From Chiloscyllium plagiosum (lineage: Eukaryota), in NCBI RefSeq assembly GCF_004010195.1, contig NC_057752.1:7466014-7517664 (forward strand): a stretch of DNA of 51,651 nt, in the 5' to 3' direction. Both the position numbers and the translations under genes were made by a program. The notes beneath the pieces were generated by a model, which was given only the letters and a program-made list of their open reading frames with translations, ran no database searches and had not been told where the DNA came from. Positions 36,247 to 49,279 of this stretch are shown piece after piece. The stretch's first letter is position 1. Every line of letters starts with the position of its first letter.

Positions 36247-36819
36247 TTAACACAATAGTTGCTTGCTGTTATAACAACAAGTCTATTCAATGCAGCAGAG
36301 GAACAATTATTTTCTGTGCACAATCTGGTCAATGAACATGCAATAGTGCCAATTATTGCACAAATTACTGCTGCTTAATCATGACAGTTAGGTAAATGGT
36401 TTCCCAATTTATTTTTGTATGTTAATTTACAGCAAAAGTATAGGCTCATTGAGGCAGAAAGGCTGTGGGAGATGGAGCAGATCATATTGATTAACAATGA
36501 CAAGGATTAGTGTATCATGTTTACAAGCAGCCTAATTACTGCCAGTGGCATCTCAGTAGAAAATGAAAGCCCCAAATACAACTCCAAATGACAGCAATGT
36601 TTCTGCAGAATTTACATGGAACAATGGGAAGCTTCTGTTGAAAACAGAAAAGTATTGACTATTTGTACAAATTCCCCTCGGAGATTTAAAAGAACTTGCA
36701 TCAAAATTACAGGATTGTCAGAAACAGAATAGATCTCTTTTCAACAAATGCTAATCACCTTCTACTGTTTCGTTTCAGGGCACAGTTTGCAGAGGGCAGT
36801 GGGAGTGAATGAAGGGTGG

Positions 36820-36892
36820 TAAAAAGCAGTATCGACAGTGTCGTGCTGGAAAATCACAGCAGGTCAGGCAGCATCCAAGGAACAGGAGAATC
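36820..36892. mobile_element. Penelope-like family A pLTR fragment
   Basis: gctggaaaatcacagcaggtcaggcagcatccaaggaacaggagaatc matches 6449-6496. Confidence 0.75.
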
Positions 36893-37205
36893 TGTGTCTG
36901 AATTTACCTTTTTGCCAAGGGGTATATTTATGTGATGTTACTATATTGGGACAGTTAATTAGTAATAGACACTGTATCTATTATTCAGTTAAGTTTTCCA
37001 ATAGTTAAGTTATTCTAAATTCTTTTCTCTTTTGTTTGTATTTTAACTATGGTGTTTAAAGAAATTGTGTTTTGTTTGACATTGAGTAGTTTGACCAGTT
37101 GCATCACATCTGGAACATGCACTATACATCTACCTTTAACATAAGAAAAAGTTAGGGTCTGGGCTACTTAAAATATTTTGAGGAGCTCTGGTCTGGTCCT
37201 TAACA
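36893..37205 (+). mobile_element. 3' half of a solo LTR
   Basis: Homologous to 26207-26492; ends in TAACA. Confidence 0.6.
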
Positions 37206-37850
37206 TGTTCATCTGGAAGGATGTCCTTTGCTTCTCTCAGAAATGTTGTGTGTCCAGGCAAATAAATAAGCATCAATGGACATGGTGTACAAATGTAGTT
37301 ACATTCTCAAATTATCTAAAACCACACTGCATGCTCTCTACTCATATGTGTGTTTTCAGCACTCTGTGTTATGCTCTGAAATAATTTTCCTATAGTGAAA
37401 GTTTGACTAACTAATCTGTAATTACGAGGTTTGTGCATTTTAAAAATTATTTCAGGAGATGGATCAGCATTTATAGCCCATGACTAGATGCCCTTGAGAA
37501 GGTGGTAGTGCGCTGCATTCTTAAACCGCTACAGTCTATTTTATTTGAATAGTCCCACAATGCTACTAGGGAGGGTGATCTAGGATTTTGACCCAATGAC
37601 ACTGAAGGAATGATGATATTGTTCCAAGTCAGGATGGTGAGTGGCTTGGAGGACATCTTGCAGGTGATGGTGTTCCCATATATCAGCTGCCCTTATGTGT
37701 GTTTGGAAGGTTCTGTCCACAGAAGCCCAGTGAATTTCTTCAGTGCATTTTGTGGCTGGTACACGTTGCTGTTACTGACTATTTCTGGTCAAGCGGTTGA
37801 ATGTTTGTAGATGTGATGCCAATCAAGCAGGTTGCTTTGTTCTGGATGGT

Positions 37851-39253
37851 CATAGAATCATAGAGATGGAAACAGACCCTTCGGTCCAACCCGTCCATGC
37901 CGACCAGATATCCCAACCCAATCTAGTCCCACCTGCCAGCACCCGGCCCATATCCCTCCAAACCCTTCCTATTCATATACCCATCCCTCTTAAATGTTGC
38001 AATTGTACCAGCCTCCACCACTTCCTCTGGCAGCTCATTCCATACACGTACCACCCTCTGCGTGAAAAAGTGGCCCCGTAGGTCTCTTTTATATCTTTCC
38101 CCTCTCACCCTAAACCTGTGCCCTCTAGTTCTGGACTCCAGGGAAAAGACTTTGCCTATTTACCCTATCTATGCTCCTCATAATTTTGCAAACATCTATA
38201 AGGTCACCCCTCAGTCTCCAACGCTCCAGGGAAAACAGCCGCAGCCTGTTCAGCCTCTCACTACAGCACAAATCCTCCAACCATGGCAACATCCTTGTAA
38301 ATCTTTTCTGAACCCTTTCAAGTTTCACAACATCTTTCCGATAGGAAGGAGACCAGAATTGACCAATAAAGGAAAGCATACCAAACGCCTTCTTCACTAT
38401 CCTATCGACCTGCGACTCCACTTTCAAGGTGCTATGATCCTGCACTCCAAGGTCTCTTTGTTCAGCAACACTTTCTAGGACCTTACCATTAAGTGTATAA
38501 GCCCTGCTAAGATTTGCTTTCCCAAAATGCAGCACCTCACATTTATCTGAATTAAACTCCATCTGCCACTTCTCAGCCTATTGGCCCATCTGGTCAAGAT
38601 CCTGTTGTAATTTGAGGTAACCCTCTTCGCTGTCCACTACACCTCCAATTTTGGTGTCATCTGCAAACTTACTAACTGTACCTTTTATGCTCGCTTCCAA
38701 ATCATTTATGTAAATGACAAAAAGTAGAGGGCCCAGCACCGATCCTTGTGGCACTCCACTGGTACTGCTCTGCCCTCATCCAATCTTCTTTGTTACTTCT
38801 TCAAAAAACTCAATCAAGTTTGTGAGACATGATTTCCCACGCACAAAGCCATGTTGACTATCCCTAATCAGTCCTTGCCTTTCCAAATACATGTACATCC
38901 TATCCCTCAGGATTCCCTCCAACAACTTGCCCACCACCGAGGTCAGGCTCACCGGTCTGTAGTTCCCTGACTTGTCTTTACCGCCCTTCTTAAACAGTGG
39001 CACCATGTTTGCCAACCTCTAGTGTTCCGACACCTCACCTGTGACTATCGATGATACAAATATCTCAGCAAGAGGCCCAGCAATCACTTCTCCAGCTTCC
39101 CACAGAGTTCTTGGGTACACATGATCAGGTCCTGGGGATCTATCCACCTTTACCCATTTCAAAACATCCAGAACTTCCTCCTCTGTAATCTGGACATCTT
39201 GCAAGATGTCACCATCTATTTCCCTACAGTCTGTATCTTCCATATCCTTTGCC
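37851..39253 (-). mobile_element. CR1 (HER1-like) nested in LINE copy 2
   Basis: SPGPDHVYPR, NYRPVSLTSVVGK, SQHGFVRGKSCLTNL and MEFNSDKCEVLHFG. Confidence 0.93.
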
Positions 39254-40107
39254 AAGCTTTCTGAGTATTATTGGAGTTGCAGTCATGTGATGAGTATTCC
39301 ATCACACTCCTGACTTGTGCCTTGTAGATGGTGGACAGGCTTTGGGGAGTCAAACAATGTGTCATTCCTTGCTATATTCCAGCCTCTGACCTGCTCCTGT
39401 AGCCACAGTATATGACTTGTCCAGTTCAGTTTCTGGTCAATGATAAGTTCCAAGATGTTGATATTGAGGGATTCAGGTTCAGTGATCGTAATGATGCTTA
39501 CATCTTCTGTTGTTGGAGGTGGTCATTGCTTGGCACTTGTGTGGTGCAAATGTTACTTGCCTCTTGTCAACCCAAATCTGAGTGTTGTCTAGGTCTTGCT
39601 ATATTTGTATATAGACTGCCTCAGTATCTAAGGATTTATTAATGGTGCTGAACATTTTGCAATCAAAAACAAACATCCCGGCTTCTGGCCTTATGATGGA
39701 GGGAATGTTATTGATAATGCACATGAGTCGATGCTATACCTATGCTACCTTCAATGTTTCCTCCAAGGTAGAGTTCAACATGGAGGATACTGATTTATCA
39801 GCTGATGGGGGAGCACTTGATAATCCACAGAAGGTTTCCTTTTGATTTGAAAACATGAGACTTCATGAGATCTGGAGTTAATGTTGAGGGCTCCGAGAGT
39901 AACTCCCTCTGAACTGTATACCACTGTGCTGCAACCTCTGCTGGGCCTGTCCTGCTGGTGGAACAAGACATACCCAAGGATGATGATGGTGCCTGGGACA
40001 TTGTCTATAAGGTATGATTCTGTGAGCATGGCTATTTCAGGCTGTTGCTTCACTAGTCTGTGAGACAGCTCTCCCAATTTTGGCACTAGCTCCCAGATGT
40101 TCGTAAG

Positions 40108-40565
40108 GAATGAGGAAGTCGGTTAGCTCACTGAGCTGCTGGGTTATCATGCAGATGTTTCATTACCATGCTGAGTAACATCATCAATGTGACTTCCGTG
40201 AAGCGCTGTTGATGTCCTGCTTGGTTTTTATGTGGTCTGGTCTGTTGGGGTGAGTGTCTTCTCTGCAACAGTTGTACACTGGGTCTATCTCTATGTGTTT
40301 GTTGATGGTCTTTTTGGTTGGAAACCAGGCTTCCAAGGACTGTTCTTACAGGAAGCAAACTAGCCACCTGATTTCACAATCACCAACTGGCAACTAAATG
40401 ACATGATCCACTGTCCCTCATCTCTGTACACACAGACCAAGAGGGCCATCAATTCAACTATGACAAAGTAACCACTCTAGGACAGGCCAACCAGAGACAT
40501 GCCAGAGAGTCCTTAGAAACCTGGTTTTCAACCAAAAAGACCATCACCAAAAACATAGAGATAGA
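40108..40565. mobile_element. Penelope-like family C fragment (inverted pLTR plus GIY-YIG C-terminal piece)
   Basis: 40150-40190 resembles 23008-23040; 40345-40560 is homologous to 24005-24220. Confidence 0.75.
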
Positions 40566-41519
40566 ATGGTTTCATTAGAGTTTTAATTCTAGATTCCCAG
40601 AACATTGCGTGGGTCTCTGGATTTCTAATCCAGTGTCCATCATTTGGCTATTGCCTCTCATATTTTGAACATTGAAACTGCATTTGGTGACCTCCAACCC
40701 TCAGGTACCTTCCTGGCATTTATGAAGTTTTTGAAGATATCAATTAAAACCCTTTTAGTTTCCTCCTATAATTGCTTGAAGATTCAAGGACACACCTAAT
40801 TTGGCTCAGGTGATTTGTGAATATGTAAACCTTCTGATTTTATGTAACATATTCTTTCCTCTTTTTGACGTGCATTATTGAGCTCTTTATCATTGTTACC
40901 AAGGCAAGATTATACCTACCGTCTTCTTTTGACCTTGGAAAAAAAAATCCATTCTTAATTCAAGGTCTGCATGAGGTTGTCTGTTTGCTGAATTCAGTTC
41001 ATGCCCTAGGCCTTACCAAACTCATCAAGCAAGCGCAATATCTGTAAAAATCCACAAGGAAATCGGAGTGTGCACCTGGCATATTCAACTCGCCGCCTGT
41101 TCCAAAGGACCTCCATATTGGAGCACCAGCATTTCAAGGCACGCTCCATGAGCAGCAGCCACATGCTCACCACATCCATGGACATTGATATCTGATATGT
41201 GCCAGCCTCTAAGAACCGTCATGGCACATCTCTGATACACTGACAGCATGCTTCTTCATTTGAATGCTGCCCTTCAGGCTGCACTGGTAAATCTCACTGT
41301 AATGCTGCAGCAAGGATACTGTGCACTCAGGGACACACCCCCATCTCATGGACTGGATCAGGCTGCATCTCTGGGCTCTTCACTTGCCATCGTGGCAGTC
41401 ACTCCTCTGAGTCTGTCTGAATGCTGATGGCATCCCTGCCTTACATTGCTTTGCCTTATCTTATTGCACTTTGGCCCCTCAGCTAGAGGTACCCGGTTTA
41501 TATCACTTCTGTAATAATT

Positions 41520-42655
41520 CTGCGGATGCTGGAAATCTGAAAAAAGCACAGAGAATGCTGGAGAAGTTGAGCAGGTCTAGCAGCATCTGTGGGGGGAGAA
41601 GTTAATGTTGCGAATCCAGTATAACTCTTCTCAGAGCTGAAAGGTGTTTTTTTATGAATACTTTTGACAGAGGCAGAAGCCCGGTGCAAAAGACAAAGGA
41701 ATTGTTAATGGTAGAGAAAGAGAAAAGGAGAATTTATCTTCTCCAAAGGCATTCCCAATACATGGAAGTGATTCATGGGTCAAGTGTTATGGATTGTTCT
41801 TCCATTTTTAGTGTCATACCTTATTTATACCTGGGCCATGAATGAGCATAAAACGTCACTAAGGAAAAGTCCAGCTGGCTATACCAATGATACATAAATG
41901 GTGGTATTTGGAACAAAGGATTTCTACTGGTGTATCATGCATATTCCTTACCTACTGCTAACTTTCACTGAAATGTTCAGAGGTAAAACAATAAAAAGTG
42001 TGTGAATTAAGGTATGAAAGGGGGAGAATGGATCCTCTCTCCTAAGAACAAAGTAAACAAGAAGGCTGGGGATGGGGGAGGAGGGGGGTGTAGAATGTAA
42101 GAAAAATGGAAAACAGACATGAAGCAGTCAGTTTCTGTAAGTTATTAAATTCAGTATTAAGACCTCAAAACTGTAATTTGCCTCAGCAAAAAACAAGGCG
42201 CTATTCCTCAAGCTTGCATTGTGCTCCGTTGCAGCTGGCCCAGGGCAGAAATGTTAGCCTGAGGGCAAGGTGACTTATCGAAATGGCAAGCAACTGGGAG
42301 TCAAGGTTATTCCTACAGACTGAGCAGAGGTCATCAGTGAAGCGCTCATCCAGTCTGTGTTGGCCTCATCAATGTCAAGGAGACTGCAATACGAACATCG
42401 AATGCAGTGGACTAGATTGAAAGAGGTACAAATAAAATGCTGCTTCACCTGTAATGTGAGTTTTGGGTCATGGGCAGTGAGGAAGGAGGTGGTGAATGGG
42501 TAAGTGTTACACCTTCTGTGATTGCAAGTGAAGGTGCCATGGGATTTGAGGAAGCATTAAGAGTGATGGAGGAGTGGGCCAAGATGTCATGGAGGGAACT
42601 GTCCCTGTGGAATGCTGACAATATGGGAAGAAGAAGATGTTGTAAAGTGAAAGGT
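41520..42655 (-). mobile_element. Degenerate Penelope-like element (pLTR plus GIY-YIG region)
   Basis: pLTR at 41520-41640; minus peptide QVKQHFICTSFNLVHCIRCSYCSLLDIDE resembles F.CTS.NLVYCIRC..C.LLYIGET. Confidence 0.7.
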
Positions 42656-43419
42656 GGGTAAATGTCCCCTTATTAACCTTGACCAGTTTGCAGTAACACT
42701 TCTTAATTCAGGTGTGTCACATAGTGGGATGGACAAAGGGGACAAGAGTCAGGGGAAGGCCCAACACAACTTTATTGAACTTGTTATCAAAGAAAAGATA
42801 AAAAGAAAAACAGTATTTATCAGATTCTACTACCGCACTTTAATTAAGCTCAATCAAGGTCTATCAATCTCTTCACAAGGCTCTTCAGTAAACAGTCTTA
42901 AATCTCTAAGTAAACAGTCTCAATTCTTCACTAGGTATCTATTTCTGAGGCAAGCTTACAAGAATTAACTATGCCATATCCATAGGTCCCTACCGCTGTA
43001 TTTGAACTGTTTACCTGAAAAGAATGGTAATACCATTCAATAAGGCGGGGAGAGGCTGTTCCTCAGTTTTTGAGGGTTGGCTGATGTTTCAGCATCTGTA
43101 GTTTTTGATTTGGACACCCCTCCCCTTGTCTAGGGCTGGTTCTGGTCTTCTGGCTCTGCTCAGTCTGATGATGCTCGCCAAGAAGTATGAGGAGCTGGAG
43201 ATGCTGTGCAGCTCGGCTGCCAGTCAAAGAGGCTCTCTGGAGATGCTATTGATGAAGGTGCAAAGCAGAGAGAGCTGGGGCTCTCGGTTGCTCCTTTTAT
43301 TCCCCTGTTTGTACCTTTCTCAAATTTTGTGTGGCCTATATCCAATACTAGCATTGAGTAGGGGCCGGAAGATTCAGTGAGGTGACTACTTTCCATATTT
43401 CCTAAGTCAAGGCCAGCAG

Positions 43420-43580
43420 CAAAGCAATAACAGAAACTGCTGGAAAAATTCAACATCTGTGGAGAGAAAGTAGAATTAACATTCCAGGTCCAGTGACCCT
43501 TCTTCAGAACTCTGAAGATGCTGCCAGACCGGCGGAGGTTTTCCAGCAATTTCTGTTGTTGTTTTGCTTCTGATTTCCAT
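43420..43580. mobile_element. Fold-back Penelope-like pLTR (family D)
   Basis: cagaaactgctggaaaa ... ttttccagcaatttctg inverted ends; minus strand CTGAAGA-A-GGGTCACTGGACCT-GGAATGTTA. Confidence 0.75.
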
Positions 43581-43989
43581 GGTTCAACATAGGTTTGAGC
43601 CTACATCTGTTAAGTGCTGTCCTTGTCCTGCTATGTCTCTGGCCTCCTATTGAGCTGGTGCAACCAAGTCTGCATAGCAGTCTTCGAACAAAACAGATTC
43701 ACTGGTTCATTCTGAAACAATGTGGCCATTAACACTTGGCCAGGTGGTTCCAGGCCTGTCTGGTTTTGATGGGAAGTTGATTTTCCAAGGCCTGGAGGCA
43801 TGAATACTGTCTGTCCCAGTTCTGCAGTTTGCAAATTGCAGAGCCTGGCTAGTATCCAAGTTTCAAGTTTTTAATCTATGTTCACGAAAAATCATCAATA
43901 TTTCTGTAACAATCCTAGAGGTCATGGGTCACCTGACTGCAATGTCTGTCCTGTCAAAATTATGTAAAAAACATGTTCCAGCACTTTTC

Positions 43990-44097
43990 AGTTCTGAAGA
44001 ACAGTCATATTTTATCCAAAGTGTCAACTCTGTTTCTCTCTCCACAGATGCTGTCCGACCTGTTAAGTTTCTCCAACATTCTCTGTTAGTTTTATAT
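43990..44097 (+). mobile_element. Penelope-like pLTR fragment (family D)
   Basis: Homologous to 22662-22770. Confidence 0.65.
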
Positions 44098-44229
44098 TAC
44101 TGCTGTCTTGCCTTGTGATTTAGCACCGACACAAAGACAGGAAGATTGTCATAGTTGTCAGCAGGCCTCAGTTAAGTCAAGGGAGATAACCTTCGCTCAG
44201 GTTCCTGGCACAGTAAGTCAAGGCCAGCA

Positions 44230-44428
44230 CCAAAGCAAAAACAGAAATTGCAGGAAAAGCTCAGCAGGTCTGGCAGCATCAGTGGAGAGAAAGGAAAATT
44301 AACATTTCCAGTCCAGTGGTTGTTCTTCAGAACTCTAAAGATACTACCAGACTTACTGAGTTTTTCCAGCAATTTTTGTTTTTGTGTCGGATTTCCAGCG
44401 TCTGCAGTTCCTTAGGTTTTTTTGTTTG
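44230..44428. mobile_element. Fold-back Penelope-like pLTR (family D) with tail
   Basis: Same structure as 43420-43580; degenerate TSD aagtcaaggccagc / aagtccagggccagc. Confidence 0.75.
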
Positions 44429-44429
44429 G

Positions 44430-45366
44430 AAGTCCAGGGCCAGCTCAGAATGGCAGGAGTTGGGGTGCTCTCCATATAAGGGATGAAGAGCCAAATGTCA
44501 GGTAGCCCAACACCCATCTTGACACTCTCTGCCCTGAGGAAAGCTGTTTACCTTCTGGAGTGAGACAGAGGCAGGTTTTATGGGAGATGAAAATGGATAT
44601 CACAGCTGTTACTTTTTTCGTGTAGTTGGAGAGGTGTTCAGAGTGAGACAACACAAAGGGCATGCAGGATTAGTGATATTCGTGTTTGGGGTGGGTGAGA
44701 GGAAGTGAGGGAAGATATTGCAGGCAATTGTGAGAGTGGTAGAGCATGAACCTGGGTGGGAGGTGGATGCAGGAGCAGAGACAGAGTGAGGATGAGGCAT
44801 CAGAGAGGAGATGGTGGTACTTACGCGGGTGGAGTGGAGAAGGTCAGTAACCTTCTTCCTACAGTGCTGGGCATTCCTCCAGATGCTGAAACTGCACTGA
44901 CCCAACCTCCAGCTAGACTGGCATGGTCTGGTGTTGTGGATTCCACTGCTTGTCCTGGGAAAGGATGAAATCCCATGTTGGCAGGACTCTGTACAGCAGG
45001 ACCCTGCCCACAAAGTGGGGTACCTATATTCCATCCACCCCATTTGACATTTCTGGGGCAAATATCACCAGCTGAACAGGGTAGCTTGATCCTGTCAGTG
45101 CTTGTCTGGATGCACTGTGGATTTTCAAAGATGGTGTGGGCGCAAAAGTTGCTGGTATTGTGGCAGATATCCACTAAGTTGTGAATTGCTCTGGGAACAG
45201 TGTGTGGTAAGATAGGTGGAAATTGGACAAGAGATGCCTTAGGGGAGTGGTAGGTAATTAATGAGGCAAGTTTGGTAAGATATAGATACGACCATGCTTG
45301 GCTTCACAGCGACAAATCTTCCAAGAGACACAACTCAGATTTAGCCAAAAAGGTAAGATTCAGACC
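44430..45366 (-). mobile_element. Second Harbinger Myb/SANT element (may extend left to ~43000)
   Basis: Minus-strand TIR ggtctgaatcttacc; WRNAQHCRKKVTDLL followed by GTAAGT; ggctacctgacatt shared with 32922-32936. Confidence 0.72.
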
Positions 45367-48300
45367 ATAGGTGGCACAACTGACACTTCTTTGTTCATGC
45401 ATCTGCACATCCCTGCACCTATGACTCTGTAAGTGCCAGGCCACATAACCCACTGGTCTTTAGCTACATCCCATCTTACCAGCCTTTCTGAGTCACTGCA
45501 ACACTTTCTGCAATGCCCACTGGAGCCCAGCATCTTATCAGTGATGAATGCGGGGCATCACATACAGAAAAGACCCAAACACTTCAAAACTTTTATTTAC
45601 AGTCCCCAAAATTGAACAGATATCAAACGCAAGTTGCATTAGCTGCTTAGAACAGAAACAAACTGCTTGCATAATGAACACCAACAATTTTACATTTGGT
45701 CATTGGTCATTGTACCCAGCTCTCATCTACTGGAACCGGGTGTCAGTTAAGCGCTGTGTGGCTTGCAGCGTGTTGAGTTTCTTCAGTTTCAGCTGCATTG
45801 TGATATGGCGCTATCAATGTTGCGTGTGTATAGTTGATTGCAGTCTGTACATGGGGGCAGCCAACTATGTGCCTTAACCCTACTACCCAGGCTGCAGCAC
45901 TGACCTTGTCACAGGGAAATTAGATGATACAGAGTGGAACAGTTTGTATCAATAACAGCCTTGATACATTTGTGGGCAGACAATCGAGAGATCCAACACA
46001 AGTCCTTAATGGTTCCATAGAATAAAAGTTCAATGTATCTGTCACTGGGAAAGGATGGACAGCAACTCTTTCAGGTCACAATTCCTGCTGCAGTAGTTGG
46101 CATAGTTCAGTCACAGTGTCGTGGGATATTCCCAACCTACCGTAGTACTGCGCCTCACTCATGTAAAAAAAAAGGCATTGAGGAGAAAAGAGTCTGGCCC
46201 TCTTATGCATCCAGTGCATTGTGAAGGACCTTCAGCTGCAACCTCTTCATGTGGCAGCATTTCGGCTTTTGCTGAAGGTTGTTGCTAGTCTTGAGCTTGC
46301 TGGTGCATCTGTTCCTCCTCCATTTATTTGTTGTTGTGTCCTACTGTGGTTAGATTCATCATCATGTTTGCAAAGAGCCTATGTGGGGAGCAATGTTCCC
46401 TCTAAGCTGCACGGGCAATGGGTACACGCAGCCTCCATATGTGCACACAGCCATTCCAATATTCTGCACATGAAGGAACGCTGGTAGGGATCAGATGAAG
46501 AGAACCGGTCCTTAATGATGAAAGTAGTCAGCATTCACATTCCTTACAAATGAAGGTTTAACACACTTCTCCATGCAAGGAGCATGAAGCATTCAAACAA
46601 GGTGGGCATGTATTACCTACTCTTGTCAATATCAGGTTGTACTTTATTCCAATGAATGGAGTGCCACTTATGTGGCAGGTTGATAGTAGCACTGTGTGAT
46701 TGCTGTGTGAGCAGCGATTCCTTCTCCTCTCAGGCCTACATCACCCTCAAAAAACAGCATTGCATGAGAGATTATTGTATTATTCTTTAAAGTTCAGGTG
46801 GTGAGGGAATCAGTTCCGTGCCCCTCTCTTCCCCAGGAAGTTTTGCTTTAGCTGTACGTGGTGTGGCCCACATGTGCCTCATTTAATGTCACCTATGATT
46901 ACTTTAGTCCCACAGAGATGTCAGTTCGAAATTTGCAAGGACCAGTGACATGGTTGACATTGCATGTAACCAGCATTTTCACGCTGCTTACTTGTATTCT
47001 GCACAATGAAATCATTACAAATGATTTGAACCTGCACTCTGCAGGCGCCTGATTGATGCCGATGCCCTTTGAAAGGCCATCCATCATACGCAAGTGGAAT
47101 CTACATTTTTGGCCATCAAGCAGACAGTGACTCTGATCATTCCTCGCAGTCATTTTCCATTCATAGGTTACCTTTAATATCCGACAGATCATTGAAGGTA
47201 ATACAGAACGCAATGGAAACCATGAGTACCAGGCTTGAACTGGTCATCAGGATCCCCCATATACCAAACCTCCATGCCTCTTCCTACCGAGCACTCCCTA
47301 GATAGCCCATTTTTACTAGAACCCCAGGGGTTCCCACCCAATCCTTTGAATTGAAAATACAACTTTCTTCCTTAATGCCTGAGCCTCGGCACCACCGTCT
47401 GATCATCCTCACCATCACTCTGCACAGTCCACCCTTCGAGGCAACAGTGGTGGTGACCACCTAATACCCACACCTCCAGCAGCATCCCACGTCCTACTAT
47501 GCACTACTGTCTCTCTCTCTTATATATTGAATATCCTCTGTTCACCATCCATGTACCCTCCACACCCCAGAATGCTGCATACACTACCTCGTGCTCAGTC
47601 CCCCACCTCGCGAATACAGCAGCACCCTATGATAGCCACCCAAAACATTCATTCTGCTAATCTCAGTACTTAGCATGCTGGGCTCTCCTGACCGACTTGG
47701 TCAGCGTGATAATTGACCAGACTGCTGACTGCTGTCCATGAAGCTTCCCACCTGTCTCACTATAAATTCCCTCGCTGTTTGTACTGGACCAGCAAGACTG
47801 ACCATGGCCTATTCCCTGGATTCCAGTGACACTGACCTCGTGATCTTGACCACCTCAAGTTCCTGAACTGTGATTGGATGCTGCTTGTGACTGAATGTAT
47901 TGGGAACCCCTGAGTGTACAGGCATCTCCTGACTGAAGGGCATCTCCCTGGACCTCACTGAGGACTTATTCTTTGAGTCATGGTCATTTGAATGGTGCTT
48001 ATGCAGTGTGTTTGCTGCGTAGGCTGTTGACACATACTGTTGGTATGACATTGACATAGTATGATGCCATACAGCAACATGTCCACACCCTTGATTGATG
48101 GCTGCTAACCAGCATGACAAACTGCCTGGCTTTGTTCCTGTGCTAAACAATAAGATAAGTCTGTTAGCACTGTCTGAGGGGTCAAAGTGCTGCCAGGCAA
48201 AGGCAATGATGCTGCGAGCATCCAGAGAAACACCAGCTGAGTGAACGCTAAGGAGCCCTGCAGATTGGTCCAGACTGTGAGCTGGATGCCTGTCCCTGTG

Positions 48301-48944
48301 TGCAACAGTATTATAATAAGTATAGCATGGTAGGGCAGAAGTGGACCGGAGAACTGTGAAGTCCCAGACTTGAGAACCTGATAGATTCTTTCTGGAGCCT
48401 TCATACAGGTGAGCTTCAACTGTCTCAGCTTCAAATAACTTCTTCATGGTGTTAGCTAAACACTTCTGGTCTGGAACTTTCCAACTAAACTCCTTATACT
48501 AAGGTAATCTCTTTTTTTAATAGTCCGCTACCTACCTTTCACAGGAGCAGCTATTTTATGCATTCACTTTCAGCCACGCCTTCTACAAAGCTACTTAAAC
48601 TGAAATCAAAAAGCTTTCTTCCAAGCTATGGGTATTTCCCCCAAGTCCCACAAAAAGTTCCAAAATCTTCTATCTGAAACCATAATACACTGTTTACTGT
48701 GTTTGCATATAAACCCTCCCAACATAAACAAATTCCCATCAGTCTTTCCAAACTATTACTCTCAAACTTTTTTTTATTAAAAGATCATGGCTACACAACT
48801 ACCTATTGTTCAATCACAAAACCTCTTCAGACACACAGAAAGCCTACATGTCACTGGTTCAAAATTCAAAAATCCAAAATAAATTATATCACAATGCATA
48901 TAAATCTCCATCTCTTATCACAGCACAAAAGTGTAGGCAGAATA

Positions 48945-49240
48945 TAGTGCTGAGGGAATGCTGCATTGTCAGATGTGCAGGTTTTTGGCTGCCACATTAC
49001 ATCAATGTTCTGACCTCTCAGAAGGACCTATGAAAAGATCTCATGTCACTACAGTATTTTGAATAATAATCGAGATTTTTCTGAAAGTTTTGGCTGCTAG
49101 TTATCTCTCAATTAGCATTTGGTCATTATCCCAAAAGTGTTTGTGTGCATTTGCTGCAAATATTTTGCCAGGCTTCCTATATCACATGAGTGACAACACT
49201 TCAAAATTACTTCACAGGGTAAAGTACTTTGATATGTACT
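48945..49240 (+). mobile_element. Degenerate DeuSINE (SacSINE1/AmnSINE1-like)
   Basis: agtgctgagggaatgctgcattgtcag, tgaaaagatctcatgtcacta, ggtcattatc and gtgacaacacttcaaaattacttca follow the order of the Deu domain and tail as I recall them; needs a Dfam search. Confidence 0.6.
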
Positions 49241-49279
49241 GAACTTGTGAATGCATGCTTGATGGATATTTAAACATTT

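Larger units (their letters stand above)
37450..40660 (-). mobile_element. Second, internally deleted copy of the tRNA-headed LINE
   Basis: 3' tail 37450-37850; RT and APE remnants 39255-40107 (PKLGELSHRLVKQQPEIAMLTES); head remnant 40570-40660. Interrupted by a CR1 and a PLE. Confidence 0.8.

Noticed and set aside
46391..46484. Tiny hAT-like MITE (caatgttccctctaa ... gaaggaacgctg)
   Set aside because: The right TIR is poor and there is no 8-bp TSD.
46899..47213. Possible Harbinger transposase N-terminus (VSSVKMLVTCNVNHVTG)
   Set aside because: Similarity is too weak and no downstream catalytic motifs were found.
47809..48447. 212-aa minus-strand ORF
   Set aside because: No recognisable domain or splice context, and it starts inside a dispersed repeat; a BLASTP search is needed before any call.
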